From Octopus vulgaris (Eukaryota), in NCBI GenBank assembly GCA_951406725.2, contig OX597818.1:42656001-42720000 (forward strand): a DNA stretch of 64,000 nt, read 5' to 3'. The notes under the pieces are model-generated. The model saw nothing but the letters and a program-made list of their open reading frames with translations, was not told the origin of the DNA and made no database searches. The position numbers and the translations under genes were made by a program. Shown here in pieces: positions 24,206 through 36,173 of the stretch; positions within the stretch are counted from its first letter, which is position 1; the number at the start of each line of letters is the position of its first letter.

Positions 24206-24883
24206 ATCACGTTGGGATCACCAGTTGTAACGGGCTTCGATGATGGTCAACTTGCCAGCCTGTTCCGGAGAACATTCGAGTCAGGGTCTATGGACAATTT
24301 CTAAAAGTCCCTGGGTTGGCGATGTTACCGAGGAGCCTTACCAGTTTGGGATAAACTTGCCATGCACGGCTCTTCGTGTTCCCCCACTTTCCCAAGATGC
24401 GAGCAGAGCAGTAAAACCGTTCTGCATGCAATCATGCAGCGTCTGAAACTTTTGGAATTGAGGGTTTATGTTGAACAACTGCTATCATGTCTGGGAAGAG
24501 TACAACTATCAACCGAGTCAATAATAAAAATTGTTCTACCGTCGCTGGAACTGGCTGTGTCTTGTGTAGTCAGTGGCTAGACCTTAAAAGGTCTGGAACC
24601 AAAGACATCGAGACGAGGAGAAGGTAAGTTTTTAATAAGGAACAGTAGGTTTGAATGGGGTTGAGAACAGGGTGTCTCACGTGATTTTATTTAGAGCTCC
24701 AATTGGTTATACGCTGCAGATTGGCATGACAGAGTAAGAGACAAATTGCGCTAATACCAACCAATCAGAGTAGTAGGCACAACGGGGTCCAAATAGCGGC
24801 CAAAGGTTAACTGATATCTGCTACGTTTGAATGTACCTATATATAAAAAAGGGGAGAGGAATTTCACTTGAGTGTACGCTACA
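24206..24883 (-). mobile_element. LTR plus tRNA-Trp PBS of a second, truncated Gypsy family
   Basis: TGTAACG (24226)...CGCTACA (24883) termini, 658 bp. On minus it is followed by TGGTGATCCCAACGTGAT, a 16/18 match to the tRNA-Trp 3' complement TGGTGACCCCGACGTGAT. The right end coincides with the start of the duplicated segment. Confidence 0.7.
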
Positions 24884-24994
24884 CTATAAATAATGAATCT
24901 AGTTGAGGACACGTCACTGCCAAAATGACTCCATGTCTTGCAATTGTGCCTCATCTATTTTTTTATTCTTCACTCACACAATGGAAAAGAAAAC

Positions 24995-25578
24995 TGTAGT
25001 GGATGCGTGGATGTATTAATAAATACATAAGTGCTTTGTAATAAATTAAAGATTTATTATCACTACATCAATTTGTAAGCAATGTTACACATCGCTTGTA
25101 CAAAATGCATATTAAATAGTGGTTGCAAATAATACATATTAAAGGAATGCATAATACAGGATACACATTAAAGCAGAATATGTTTGATGGTGTGTGTGTG
25201 TGCGTGTGTGTAAATCATGCATGACAGAGTCACCTTTCTGAATATTCTTTCGTCGTTCTCATAAATGCGTGACGTTCTCTTAAACGTTGATTCGGGTTCT
25301 CTCTAGATACCTATTTCTCCGTTCTATTTATAACATCTCAAATAGCCAGAAAAATAGATATACCGCAAGAGAGTTATCATTAAAGTAGGTCGCTGGTCGT
25401 CCTGTTAAACTTCGCCTGACCTGCTCGGGTCAGAGGTCGAAGGGAGACGATCCATCATTTTTTGTCAGAACAAAGAGATTCTGATTTCGCGCCTTTTTGT
25501 GCATTGGTATTTTACGACCAATGATTCTTGGGTCTGATTTCGAATCCAAGCTTTGAGAAGGAAGTGCTAATTCTTACA
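24995..25578 (-). repeat. 3' LTR (584 bp)
   Basis: TGTAGTGG...TTCTTACA. Adjacent PPT AGAAGGGGGGTAG on minus at 25579-25591. Confidence 0.97.
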
Positions 25579-26139
25579 CTACCCCCCTTCTAGTGAGAAA
25601 GCCATAGAGATCGAACGATATTGGAAATGTATTATTATTATTATTTTTTTTTTTTTGATTGTGTGCATGTAGAAAAAAAAAAATTTTTTACACATTGAAC
25701 GATAAAAATATGCATGAAAGGTTTACAATTTGTGTGTGCTATATGGTGGGCAATATGTATATGTGCCCAGGCAGAATTATGTTGGCGCGTTGAAAGAGAT
25801 GTGCGTCTATTGATTACTCGACCTACTAGAGGTCTAATAGAGGCAAGGTGTCTTTCAGTGGCGAAAAAATATCGAGTGATAGCACGCATGAGAACAAGAT
25901 TTGTAAATGTGTGTGGATATACAGTTAGCAAAAAAATATATTTATGAGAAAGCAAACATTTTGAAGAGAAAACAAAAAATATGTACATGCAAAAATGAAA
26001 GAAATGTTCATCGGCAAAGTTCGATTTTGAAATGTTCCGTAAAAGTTCATACAGACAGTTTTTGTTTTCATTTTTTTTTTTCTTTACGTACACAAATGTT
26101 CTTTGATTTCTCTGGGTGGGTGATGCAGTTATGTGTTCA

Positions 26140-29100
26140 TTAGGAAGATGGATACGTTAGGAGTTCAGAACTTACCCGAAAAACTTGCACAAACCTTGCT
26201 GGCCATCGAACTGTTCTTCCTGATTTGGTGTGTCGGGGTTGTGCAGAATCTGTGGTGTTCGCTGGAGTTGCCGAGTCTGTTTGAGGAAAAGAGGGGACTG
26301 AATGTAAGTCCTCCTCGATGAAAGCTTTTTTTAAACGATCAATCGAGACCGTATTTCGTTTACCTCCAATATCGAGGACGAAATACTTGGGTTCTCTTTT
26401 GATGACCTTGTAGGGCCCGGAATATGGTGGTCGAAGTTGAGAGGGTATCCCATCATTCCTCACGAAGACATGAGTCCATGTGTTGATATCTTTTGGGACA
26501 CGTGAAACGACGTTCTGTTGTCTGGGGCCTGAGGGTGATACTTGCGACATGGATGTTCGTAATCGGTGCACATATTGTTGTGGGTCAGGGAAGTTTTGTG
26601 AAACAGGTTCGATCATCTGCCCAGGTAAGGTGAGTGTTGTGCCATAAACGAGTTCGGCCGGAGTATATCCCAGTTCTTCCTTAATCGTGGATCGAATTCC
26701 AAGGAGGATGAGAGGGAGATGTTCCAACCAGTGAGAACTGTCTGGAGCTGCTTTTATAGATGCCTTGAGTTGGCGGTGAAAGCGCTCCACCATGCCATTT
26801 GCTGCAGGGTGGTAAGCTGTAGTGCGGGTGTGTTTACACCCGAGGAGACGAGTCAGCTCGGTGAAAAGGTGGGAATCGAACTGACGTCCTCTGTCGGTGG
26901 TAATTGTTGCGGGTGTGCCAAAACGCGAAACCCATTGTGATATCAGTGTTTTAGCGACCGTTTCTGCTGATATATCAGATAAGGGCCAGGCTTCGGGCCA
27001 TCGCGAGAACCTATCTACGCAAGTTAGCAAATATGAATAGTTCTGCGAAGGTGGTAGGGGTCCAACGATATCAATGTGAACGTGCTGAAATCGTGCATCG
27101 GGCTGCGAAAATGAACCGATTGGTGATTTTATGTGCCGGTGGATTTTCGCTTTTTGGCACGCAACACAGCACTTGGTCCATTCTCTGATATCCTTGTTGA
27201 TACTGGTCCACACAAAACGGGTCGATATTAGCTTTTGAGTGGAGCGAATACCAGGATGTGACAGAGAATGTAGAGCGGAGAAAACTTCTCGACGATATTT
27301 CTGTGGTACATAAGGGCGTTGGTAACCAGTGGAAATATCACACCAAATATGGGCTGTGGATGATGGTAGTGGAACATGCTGAAATTTCAGAGATGACGAA
27401 TTCCGGAGCTTTAGAAGTTCTTCGTCATTCTCCTGGTCAGCTGCTATACGTGCCAGATCAATTGTAGACGTGGTGTGGATAGCATTGATCTGCGCACGTG
27501 AAAGTGCATCGGCTGCCACGTTGGTCGTCCCTTTGATGTGGCGTATATCCGTCGTGTACTGCGATATGAAGTCGAGGTGACGAATTTCTCTCGGCGAATG
27601 GCGATCCGGTTTGGTGTTAAATGCGTATACTAATGGCTTGTGGTCGGTATATATGGCAAAATTGGTACCTTCTAGCATATGACGGAAATGCTTAACGGCC
27701 AGGTATGCCGCCAATAATTCCCGACTGAATGTGCTGTATTTGGTTTCCGCGGGTTTTAACCGCTTAGAAAAGAAAGACAACGGTTGCCATATACCGTCAA
27801 CAAGCTGTTGTAGCACACCTCCGATTCCGGAATCGGATGCATCAACGAGTAAACATCGTGGGGCGTCTGGTTTTGGATAAACCAACATGGTAGCGCTAGA
27901 TAACGCTTTTTTTAGGGCAGCGAAAGAAACGAGTTGATCTTCGGTCAGAGCTATATCTGCATTTTTGCAGGTTCGCTGACGTAGCAAATCCGTGAGCGGT
28001 TGCGCTATTTCAGCGAGGTGGGGCACGAACCGTCGATAGAAATTCGCTAGACCGAGATATTCCCTTAATTTGCGGAGAGATGTGGGTGGTGGAAAATCCA
28101 CGATGGCCTTGACTTTCTCGGGAAGGGGACGAATTCCATTTTTATCGACTATATGGCCGAGAAAATGAAGGGAAGCAACTCCGAACAAACATTTAGTAGG
28201 GTTGATAACAATTCCGAATTTACGTAAACGTTCGAATAGCAGGTGAAGGTGTTGATTATGCTCTTCGTCCGAGTTACTGGCCACGAGTATGTCGTCTATG
28301 TAGGCATAGACGAAAGGCAAACCTCTAGTCACCATGTCGATAAACCTTTGGAATGTCTGTGCCGCGTTTCGTAAACCGAAAGGCATACGCAGGAATTCAA
28401 ACATTCCGAAAGGTGTAGTCACTGCTGTCTTTGAGATGTCTGCAGGTTCGACTGGGATTTGGTTGTATGCTCGCACCAGGTCGATTTTTGAAAAGATGCG
28501 AGCTCCATGCAGCGAGCTCGAAAAGTCCTGAAGAAAAGGCACCGGATAGGCATCACTGATAGTGCTTTTATTCAGTGATCGATAATCGCCGCAAACCCGC
28601 CAATCGGTCGATGATTTTTTTGGGACGCAGTGTATCGGCGAGGACCAGTTGCTGCTGGAAACGCGGATGATTCCGAGGTCGAGCATGTGCTGGAATTCCC
28701 GCTTGACGGCCTGGAGACGATCAGGTGGTAACCTTCTGGGCCTTGCAGCAACAGGTGGACCGCTGGTTTTGATGTGGTGGGTAACGTCGTGCTTTATCGG
28801 CTGGTTATGAAAAACTGGCCGGGCGACATCTGGATAATCATTCAGGATGGAACTGTGACGAGTCGTTGTCGTAAGCATTACAGTTGGGCTGACTGTGTCC
28901 ATTCGAGCGGCTATACCGCGCACAGTAAGCTTGGTGGTGGTGTCGACAAGTCGTCTGTTCTTTATGTCTACCAGGAGACCGAAATGATGCAGGAAATCGG
29001 CTCCTAAGATAGGGGTCGGCAGTTTAGCGACGACGAATACCCACTGAAATGTGCGGCGTAGTCCTATGTTTAATGTTAGGGACTGTTCACCGTAGGTTGG

Positions 29101-29307
29101 AATGGGTGAATGGTTGACTGCCTGAAGACAGACTGATGTCTCTTTTCTTTTTCCAGAAGTGTTGGAGACTGGTATGATGCTGACTTCCGCACCTGTGTCA
29201 ACCAGGAAACGCGTGCCTGTTACACGATCGCAAACGAAAAACAGGCGACTGTGTGGGTGCGAACCAGGAACTTCCGTCGCGTTCAATTCCTGGCTGTGCC
29301 GTTTCCC
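26140..29307 (-). CDS. pol: Pol polyprotein (protease, RT, RNase H, integrase), predicted gag-pol fusion by -1 frameshift
   Basis: FLVDTGA; YIDD; DAS..RELLA..TDHKPL..ADALS; HSLSH..CVAC; HIDIVGP..TDRG..NGMVER; GPY module. No in-frame stops. Confidence 0.97.
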   Translation of the reverse strand, partial: GKRHSQELNATEVPGSHPHSRLFFVCDRVTGTRFLVDTGAEVSIIPVSNTSGKRKETSVCLQAVNHSPIPTYGEQSLTLNIGLRRTFQWVFVVAKLPTPILGADFLHHFGLLVDIKNRRLVDTTTKLTVRGIAARMDTVSPTVMLTTTTRHSSILNDYPDVARPVFHNQPIKHDVTHHIKTSGPPVAARPRRLPPDRLQAVKREFQHMLDLGIIRVSSSNWSSPIHCVPKKSSTDWRVCGDYRSLNKSTISDAYPVPFLQDFSSSLHGARIFSKIDLVRAYNQIPVEPADISKTAVTTPFGMFEFLRMPFGLRNAAQTFQRFIDMVTRGLPFVYAYIDDILVASNSDEEHNQHLHLLFERLRKFGIVINPTKCLFGVASLHFLGHIVDKNGIRPLPEKVKAIVDFPPPTSLRKLREYLGLANFYRRFVPHLAEIAQPLTDLLRQRTCKNADIALTEDQLVSFAALKKALSSATMLVYPKPDAPRCLLVDASDSGIGGVLQQLVDGIWQPLSFFSKRLKPAETKYSTFSRELLAAYLAVKHFRHMLEGTNFAIYTDHKPLVYAFNTKPDRHSPREIRHLDFISQYTTDIRHIKGTTNVAADALSRAQINAIHTTSTIDLARIAADQENDEELLKLRNSSSLKFQHVPLPSSTAHIWCDISTGYQRPYVPQKYRREVFSALHSLSHPGIRSTQKLISTRFVWTSINKDIREWTKCCVACQKAKIHRHIKSPIGSFSQPDARFQHVHIDIVGPLPPSQNYSYLLTCVDRFSRWPEAWPLSDISAETVAKTLISQWVSRFGTPATITTDRGRQFDSHLFTELTRLLGCKHTRTTAYHPAANGMVERFHRQLKASIKAAPDSSHWLEHLPLILLGIRSTIKEELGYTPAELVYGTTLTLPGQMIEPVSQNFPDPQQYVHRLRTSMSQVSPSGPRQQNVVSRVPKDINTWTHVFVRNDGIPSQLRPPYSGPYKVIKREPKYFVLDIGGKRNTVSIDRLKKAFIEEDLHSVPSFPQTDSATPANTTDSAQPRHTKSGRTVRWPARFVQVFRVSSELLTYPSS
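29245..29307 (-). promoter_or_regulatory. -1 programmed ribosomal frameshift signal
   Basis: Slippery heptamer G_GGA_AAC (29307-29301) in the gag frame, with pol in the -1 frame. Downstream stem AGCCAGGAAU/GUUCCUGGUU, whose loop GCGAC can pair with a downstream GUCGC. Confidence 0.85.
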
Positions 29308-30158
29308 GAACTGGGTGAGGAAAACGAGCACGGTACCGTACATTTTTGTGCCCGTGTTCCGAATGTTCGGTGGTACCAACACGTGTCATGTGAGTTTCGG
29401 GTAGCACTGGGGCTTCGAGACCGTCTGCCATCTCGTCGAGATCGGCTGGTGCTTCGACGCTGGGGACTAAACTTTAGGGCTTGTATTTGGGCTGTGAGAA
29501 TTTGTATTTGCGCAGCTTGCTGCGTCATTAATGCACGCAAATCCGAAATCTCTGAAGAACTGGTTTGTGCACGGAAAGGATTGGTACTGGGAGAGGCTGG
29601 CGTCACCGTCGATACCGTTGGATATCTGTGCGGTACTTCGGCTATTTTGTCAGCTAGCTCCGCCAGTTCTTCAAGGGATGTGTTTTCTCTGGTGGACGCG
29701 AGAACAACCTGGGTATTGGAGGGCAGACGCTGGAGAAAAAGTTGCTTGAAGATTTTTTCTGGGAGCGTCTCATCTCCGAGAAGCTGTTTCATTCTCCGAA
29801 GAAGCTGGGACGGCGTTTTGTCACCCAATTCTTCCGATATCAGAAGCTGGTGAAGTCTTTTTTGTTGGGATTCTGAGGTTCTGTTTATTAACGTAGTTTT
29901 AAAAACTTCATATGAAACAGAACCGGGTGGTGCCATGATAAGGTCGCGTATCACGTTCGTTATTTCTGGTGACAGAGAACTGATAACGTGAGAAAGTCGA
30001 GCCGCATCGCTCGATATTCTGTGAGAGGCAAACTGTGCCTCTATATGGTGAAACCACAATGTCGGGTCGTGGGTCCAGAATGGTGGAATTTTTAACGAGA
30101 TCGCCGCTTGGAATGCCATGTCGATATTGGCCGCTGGGTTTTGTTCCGGGAGATTCAT
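29283..30158 (-). CDS. gag: Gag (291 aa)
   Basis: LKIPPFW..DPTLWF..IEAQF N-terminus, [16 protein letters not shown], and C-x2-H-x9-C-x3-C ([18 protein letters not shown]). Confidence 0.95.
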   Translation of the reverse strand: MNLPEQNPAANIDMAFQAAISLKIPPFWTHDPTLWFHHIEAQFASHRISSDAARLSHVISSLSPEITNVIRDLIMAPPGSVSYEVFKTTLINRTSESQQKRLHQLLISEELGDKTPSQLLRRMKQLLGDETLPEKIFKQLFLQRLPSNTQVVLASTRENTSLEELAELADKIAEVPHRYPTVSTVTPASPSTNPFRAQTSSSEISDLRALMTQQAAQIQILTAQIQALKFSPQRRSTSRSRRDGRRSRSPSATRNSHDTCWYHRTFGTRAQKCTVPCSFSSPSSGNGTARN

Positions 30159-30263
30159 TGTTTTCGTCGGAATTTTCTGTTGCTTCGTTGCTGGTGATGT
30201 GCAAACTGTAATTCTTCGACGCGGTTGATGAAGCTGGTTCCGGGGAAGGCGCGATTCGTTTTA

Positions 30264-30274
30264 CGGGGTCACCA
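30264..30274 (-). promoter_or_regulatory. Primer-binding site (tRNA-Trp)
   Basis: TGGTGACCCCG, 2 nt downstream of the 5' LTR, complementary to the CGGGGUCACCA 3' end of eukaryotic tRNA-Trp. Confidence 0.85.
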
Positions 30275-30276
30275 AA

Positions 30277-30860
30277 TGTAGTGGATGCGTGGATGTATTA
30301 ATAAATACATAAGTGCTTTGTAATAAATTAAAGATTTATTATCACTACATCAATTTGTAAGCAATGTTACACATCGCTTGTACAAAATGCATATTAAATA
30401 GTGGTTGCAAATAATACATATTAAAGGAATGCATAATACAGGATACACATTAAAGCAGAATATGTTTGATGGTGTGTGTGTGTGCGTGTGTGTAAATCAT
30501 GCATGACAGAGTCACCTTTCTGAATATTCTTTCGTCGTTCTCATAAATGCGTGACGTTCTCTTAAACGTTGATTCGGGTTCTCTCTAGATACCTATTTCT
30601 CCGTTCTATTTATAACATCTCAAATAGCCAGAAAAATAGATATACCGCAAGAGAGTTATCATTAAAGTAGGTCGCTGGTCGTCCTGTTAAACTTCGCCTG
30701 ACCTGCTCGGGTCAGAGGTCGAAGGGAGACGATCCATCATTTTTTGTCAGAACAAAGAGATTCTGATTTCGCGCCTTTTTGTGCATTGGTATTTTACGAC
30801 CAATGATTCTTGGGTCTGATTTCGAATCCAAGCTTTGAGAAGGAAGTGCTAATTCTTACA
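30277..30860 (-). repeat. 5' LTR (584 bp)
   Basis: Same length as 24995-25578 with no differences seen by eye. Confidence 0.97.
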
Positions 30861-31771
30861 AAACCTTTTTACATTGATTCTAATATGTTGTAAAATATGA
30901 GATTTTAGCAATAAACATTTGAACACTGTCTATACCTGTTTATTTGAATGTACGACTTTTATTTGCTGTTTATTATCGGCCAGGTTGAAGTGTTTACATT
31001 TCCTGCATTGAATAGTTTTCAACTTTATTCAAGTCTTTTGTCATTTCTATTTAACGTTTGGGTGTTGAAGAGTCATTCTTTCTTTGAATAGGAAAGTTTC
31101 GGTCTTTCAGTTGAGGCCACCAGTTGTTTATTGTTGTTGAGAAATGACTGGCAAAAATAAAGTTTGCATGTCAACTCCGCAATATAAAAAATATTTATTT
31201 TCAAACGCTATATAAGATATTTTCTGAACTTCTACAAGAATATTGAGAGAAATATTTCGGTAACGAAAATTTCAGTTTAGCATTGTATGAGAGAATGTAT
31301 GCTTCGATATTTGGTTGTGTATATGTATGTTTTGTGCTAACAATAGGTGGCAAGCTGGATAGTAATTTTAAAAAGTGTTTCACAGTATGTGGATATGACA
31401 TATTGAGACGTGCTACATGTAAACAGTCACAATTACTTAGATTGTCTCTCCCTGTCACTGATGATAATGTATTGTAGTGGCAATGATATTACAGATGGCT
31501 TCAACCAGAGCCAGAGGCTAAAATGCGTGTAATAATAATGTTAAAACAACACACAAGGCTGCGACTGTCACATGTCAACTATATATACCTGGAGCTGACA
31601 AACTATAAAATTTATATATTACAATGTTGACAAAAGCAATGATAGTATAAAGTCACAGAAGGTCGAGCTGACATTCCTAATTAGTGAAAAAATATTTGAA
31701 GACACAAAGTAAAACTATTTTCTTGTTTCTAGGCTAAGAACAAAAGAAACATTAAAAGCATTAATTAACAA

Positions 31772-32183
31772 GGATCTTTTCGGTTTGAACGGAGGTTTTT
31801 TAAAATAATTTCCACGTAACTAAACACTTTTAAACTTCGTATACTAGTAGAATGTGTTTATAAAACATCTTTTTCTCTTTGTTGTTTTGAGAAAATTCTA
31901 TAGCTTGTAAGATATTTGTTGTTTTTTTTTTCTTCAATTTCTGCAATTTCAACCAATCACTGACGTCTATTGAGTTAAAAAGCATTCTGTGCCATATGAA
32001 TATGTCCCTCGTTTAAGAAACAGATTGGATTTATTTACATTTCTAAAGAAAAAAGATACCCTTCCCCCCACCCTTAACCCTAAAACAGATTGAAATGCAA
32101 TAGATCAATACTAGGGTCATAATTATGGGTGACAATTTCATATGACACCACTTGAAAAACTGTCGTTCAAACCGAAAAGATCC
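31772..32183. mobile_element. Merlin-like MITE (GGATCT TIR family)
   Basis: GGATCTTTTCGGTTTGAACG...CGTTCAAACCGAAAAGATCC, flanked by TAACAA repeats. Absent from the paralog at ~15890. Confidence 0.85.
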
Positions 32184-32432
32184 TAACAAAAATGCCGAGA
32201 TTTATTGCAAGTGGACCAAGAGTTTGTAGTTAGAATGTTGATTCAATTTCTGGTTGAACCATAACGATCTTCCACGTTTAGTAAAAATGGAACCCCTTAA
32301 AATTGCTAAACTGAGACCATATGTCGGTAGAGTCTTGGACTAACTGTCCCCCAAAGCCCTTCAGTTTAGAGGGGGGGTATTTTTTCACAGTTTTGCTCCC
32401 TCATCATTTCTGCACCTTGTCTTGAATAGGTC

Positions 32433-33042
32433 TGTAATGTCAGTTTTGGAAAGATTCAAAACCTCAGTTCGGGGTTTACTGAAATTTTGACATATCTAAA
32501 ATTTCATGGAAAACTCCCAAGAGTATGTTTTATTTCTTGTTTGTTTGGTAATCTAGTGTAGAGATTCGAACCCCAACCTCAAGATATTCAGTTATGGATC
32601 ATGTGTAAGCCAACACAGTTTCAAGGGACTGATCTATAAATCGACCAATCAGCACGAAGCTTTGGCGTGATATGGCTCCTTGGATAATCTAAAATTCACT
32701 CCCTTTCACCCTATAAAAGCCGTTTGATACCTAACTCAGCCAGACCATCTTGAGCCAAAAATGACTTTGGACACTCACGCACGATGTACCACAGTCAGCA
32801 TTCTACCAGACAGCGCAGTTCTCGGCTTCCTGTCGGCGTTTTTTTTTATTATCATCTTTCTTTCGTATACAACCAATACAGTAAATCATGACCAGCAATA
32901 AATATATTAAAAGTTAAAGGTCGTGTGTTACTTTATTTAGGGTACGCACAGCCAAGTAGATCACACGATGATGGTCTTCAACACCGTCCATACACCAACA
33001 AACAGCCACTGTGACAATAGTGCCAAAGCAACCTCGTGACAT
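32433..33042 (+). mobile_element. Possible solo LTR
   Basis: TGT...ACA ends with CCAATC, CTATAAAAG and AATAAA in LTR-like order. No TSD found. Confidence 0.35.
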
Positions 33043-33843
33043 AAGTAACGAAAATTTCATTCGTTAGTGTCATTCAAACGGTCAGCTGTGACCATTTGAC
33101 CATTTTGTTTTAGAACTCATTTTGGTAATTATTATCATAAGAGAGAAGGGGTAGAGAGAGAGAGAGTCATTTCTTAGTGTCTGATATTCAAGAAAGGGAA
33201 GAGATCGTCTGACACAATACTTTGTTGTACAGCAGCCACTGTTTTTGTTGTCATACTCACCCCAGCCACTTAAGTTTACAAGAACTGCTATTAATATAAT
33301 ACAGCTTACCTCATGCTAGCATACACACATGTAATGCTCTTATGTCCACGATGTTCTCACATATACACAACTAATGTTATGCCACACATGCTCAAAATAC
33401 CAACATCTTGTGATCCATTTTTGCAAATCATTTCCCCGATGATTTCTCTGTGTCTGCGGTGACCCAGCTTTTTAGCGTTTAATATAATGTTTATGTTCAA
33501 GTAAAAGATCTGTCTTATTCCTTTAAAAAATTTCCTGTTAGCACTAACATTGGTGATCAAACCGACATTTGAAAATAATCTACAACCTTTATGATTGGAA
33601 CCACTTGGACATGTATAACTGCTACTCGTCTTCCAAATATGTTAAAATTGGTGACTTACCAAAGTACAAGTCAGTTAGGCAAGATATAGAATTCAAAATT
33701 ACCTAAAGCCACTTTTTGTCACACATGGTTTGCTTGAAAATAATCACTAAAAAAGGAAGCACCTTTCGTAGCTTTGTGCTCAACACGTCTGAAGAGTAGA
33801 AGGACGTTAAACGGATTGCGTCTACATTTGGAGAACTGAAGTT

Positions 33844-34263
33844 GGATCTTTTTGGTTTGAACGGCAGTTTTTTCTAGCGGTGTCATATGAAATTGTTACC
33901 CATAATTATGACCCTAGTATCGATCTATTGCATTTCAATTGGTTTTAGGGTTAGGGTTAGGGGTGGGGGGGAAGGGTATCTTTTTTTCTTCACAAATGTA
34001 AATAAACCCAATCTGTTTCTTAAACGAGGGACATATTCATACGGCATAGAATGTTTTTTTACCTCAATAGACGTCACTGATTGGTTGAAATTGCAGAAAT
34101 TGAAGAAAAAAAACAACAAATATCTTACAAGCTATAGAATTTTCTCAATAAAGCCAAGAGAAAAAGATGTTTTATAAACACATTCTACCAGTATACGAAG
34201 TTTAAAAGTGTTTAGTTACGTGGAAATTATTTTAAAAAACTGCCGTTCAAACCGAAAAGATCC
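33844..34263. mobile_element. Merlin-like MITE (reverse of the 31772 copy)
   Basis: GGATCT TIRs and 8-bp TSD CTGAAGTT. Contains a short (TTAGGG)3. Confidence 0.88.
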
Positions 34264-35479
34264 CTGAAGTTCTTACTAAAGTTGAATATTGCCTCCCTAC
34301 ATCTGCCGATAACTGTAATTCCAGATTCACTTCAGTAAGCAATGTGCCGAACAGATTTTTGCTTTTCTACTCACAACTCGTTAACTTACTCCAGTTTTTG
34401 CACACTTTCTTTTTTGTCCTTTTTCAAATTGCTGTTAATCATTACATTCTCTTCCAAATGTGTCTTCCTAACTGGTCGCTCATGTATTTGCAGACTCTTT
34501 AGTAGGCTTTTCTAGTATTTGACTTTTGCTTTGTTTAACATAAGCTCGGGAACAGGGGGTGCAGGGGTCGTAGAGCACCGCTGAAATTTTCTTTTTTGTT
34601 GGGGAGGGGCAATGAAAACACTTTGAACATCCTGAAAAACTGAGTTTGCATTCCTTAAGCAAATTTTGTTCCCGCACAAACATTGTTTTGTATACACGCC
34701 TGCATGCAAACACATACATCTTACAGCAATAAAGGAAATAATATGAAGTGATAGCAGAGACGCGGGAAAACCCATCCACATGGTATATATGTAGTCCTAT
34801 TAAGTAAGATCCTTTAGAGTGAGAATATCAAAAGAAAGTAACCAAAGAAATGCATGCAATTCTTAAGAAGACTAATTGCTTGTTGGAGAGATCCCTTGTA
34901 ATATTGATCATATCAAAAGAATTCATTCTGATAAAATTGTGCATAAATTTGAGAGAAAACAAAACTATGTTTGGTTCGACATGTATAGACAAAATGAAGG
35001 GGAAATAGGTTACATCTTTTAGTATTGAGATTTATAAGCTCCATTTATATTGATTGTGATATAAGATTCCCTAAAATCTACACGGCTCTTGTTGGGCTCC
35101 GGCTTTGAGAACATGCTAGCTAATATATATTATATAGAAGATTTTTAAAAGATTTTTAAATGGTAATAATTTTCTTTTAATATAATGCAGCAGAGGAGTA
35201 TGTATTACTGTGGGCTTGACACTATTGGTCTTAAAGCAGCTGTAAAATCCCTTGATCTTCATCAATTTCTCTAGAAGAATAAAGGACATATTTGTTGCTA
35301 GAATGTTTGAGAATAAATATCAACAGAATTCAAGAATATTTTGTGTTCAGTTTGCTAACTCTGAGATACTCAAAATATGGATTGAACTTTTCTCGATAGG
35401 ATAACAATGCAGGTTTAAATAATAAATGATTGAATATCTACAATCACCGTTGTAATACAATTCTGCACTTCATCTCGAA

Positions 35480-36173
35480 ATTGAACTGAATTCGATGACT
35501 GGCACTGTGCCAGTGGAATGCTAACAGCTCCATCCGAGCGGGATCACTGCCAGAGTAGCTTCCATGCCGGTGGCACGTAAAAAGCACCATTTGAGCGTGA
35601 TCATTACTAGAGTCGCCTTACTGGCACTTGTGCCGGTAGCATGTGAACAAAACATTCGAGCTAGGTCGTTGCCAGTGCCGCTGGACTGACTCCTGTGCAG
35701 GTGGCACATAAAAAGCACCATTTGAGCGTGGCCGTTGCCAGTACCGCCAGACTGACCCTTGTGCCGGTGGCACATAAAAGCATCCACTATACTCTCAGAG
35801 TGGAAGGTAGCGAGCTGGCAGAAACGTTAACACGCTGGGCGAAATGCGTATTTCATCTGCCGTTACGTTCTGGGTTCAAATTCCGCTGAGGTCGACTTTG
35901 CCTTTCATCCTTTCGGGGTCAATAAATTAAGTACCAGTTACGCACTGGCGTCGATGTAATTGACTTAATCCGTTTGTCTGTCCTTGTTTGTCCCCTCTAG
36001 TAAAGAAATATATATTCTCAGAGTGGTTGGCGTTAGGAAGGGCATCCAGCTGTAGAAACTCTGCCAGATCAGATTGGAGCCTGGTGCAGCCATCTGGTTC
36101 ACCAGTCCTCAGTCAAATCGTCCAACCCATGCTAGCATGGAAAGCGGACGTTAAATGATGACGATGATGATGA
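35480..36173 (+). mobile_element. SINE-like family B with a family C SINE nested at 35804-36010
   Basis: The nested copy is flanked by tata(c/t)tctcagagtgg duplications (35788-35803 and 36011-36026). Confidence 0.85.

Larger units (their letters stand above)
24995..30860 (-). mobile_element. Full-length Ty3/Gypsy LTR retrotransposon, CsRn1-like clade
   Basis: Two 584-bp TG...CA LTRs, 4-bp TSD AAAC (24991-24994 and 30861-30864), PBS, PPT, and uninterrupted gag and pol in PR-RT-RH-IN order. Gag carries the CHCC motif. Confidence 0.98.
24884..32415 (+). repeat. Segmental duplication, copy 2 (hosts the Gypsy element and a Merlin-like MITE)
   Basis: Colinear with 14161-16340 outside the insertions. 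Confidence 0.92.

Noticed and set aside
25641-26093. 150-aa ORF after pol as a possible env or ORF3
   Set aside because: Non-ATG start, low-complexity poly-K/F from A/T runs, and no signal peptide, furin site or TM organisation.
29251-29853. 200-aa ORF antisense to gag
   Set aside because: Most simply a shadow of the GC-richer gag frame, with a GTG start and no motif.
33945-33962. (TTAGGG)3 as an interstitial telomere
   Set aside because: It is an internal part of the GGATCT-TIR MITE family, and degenerate versions occur in the 31772 and 41889 copies.
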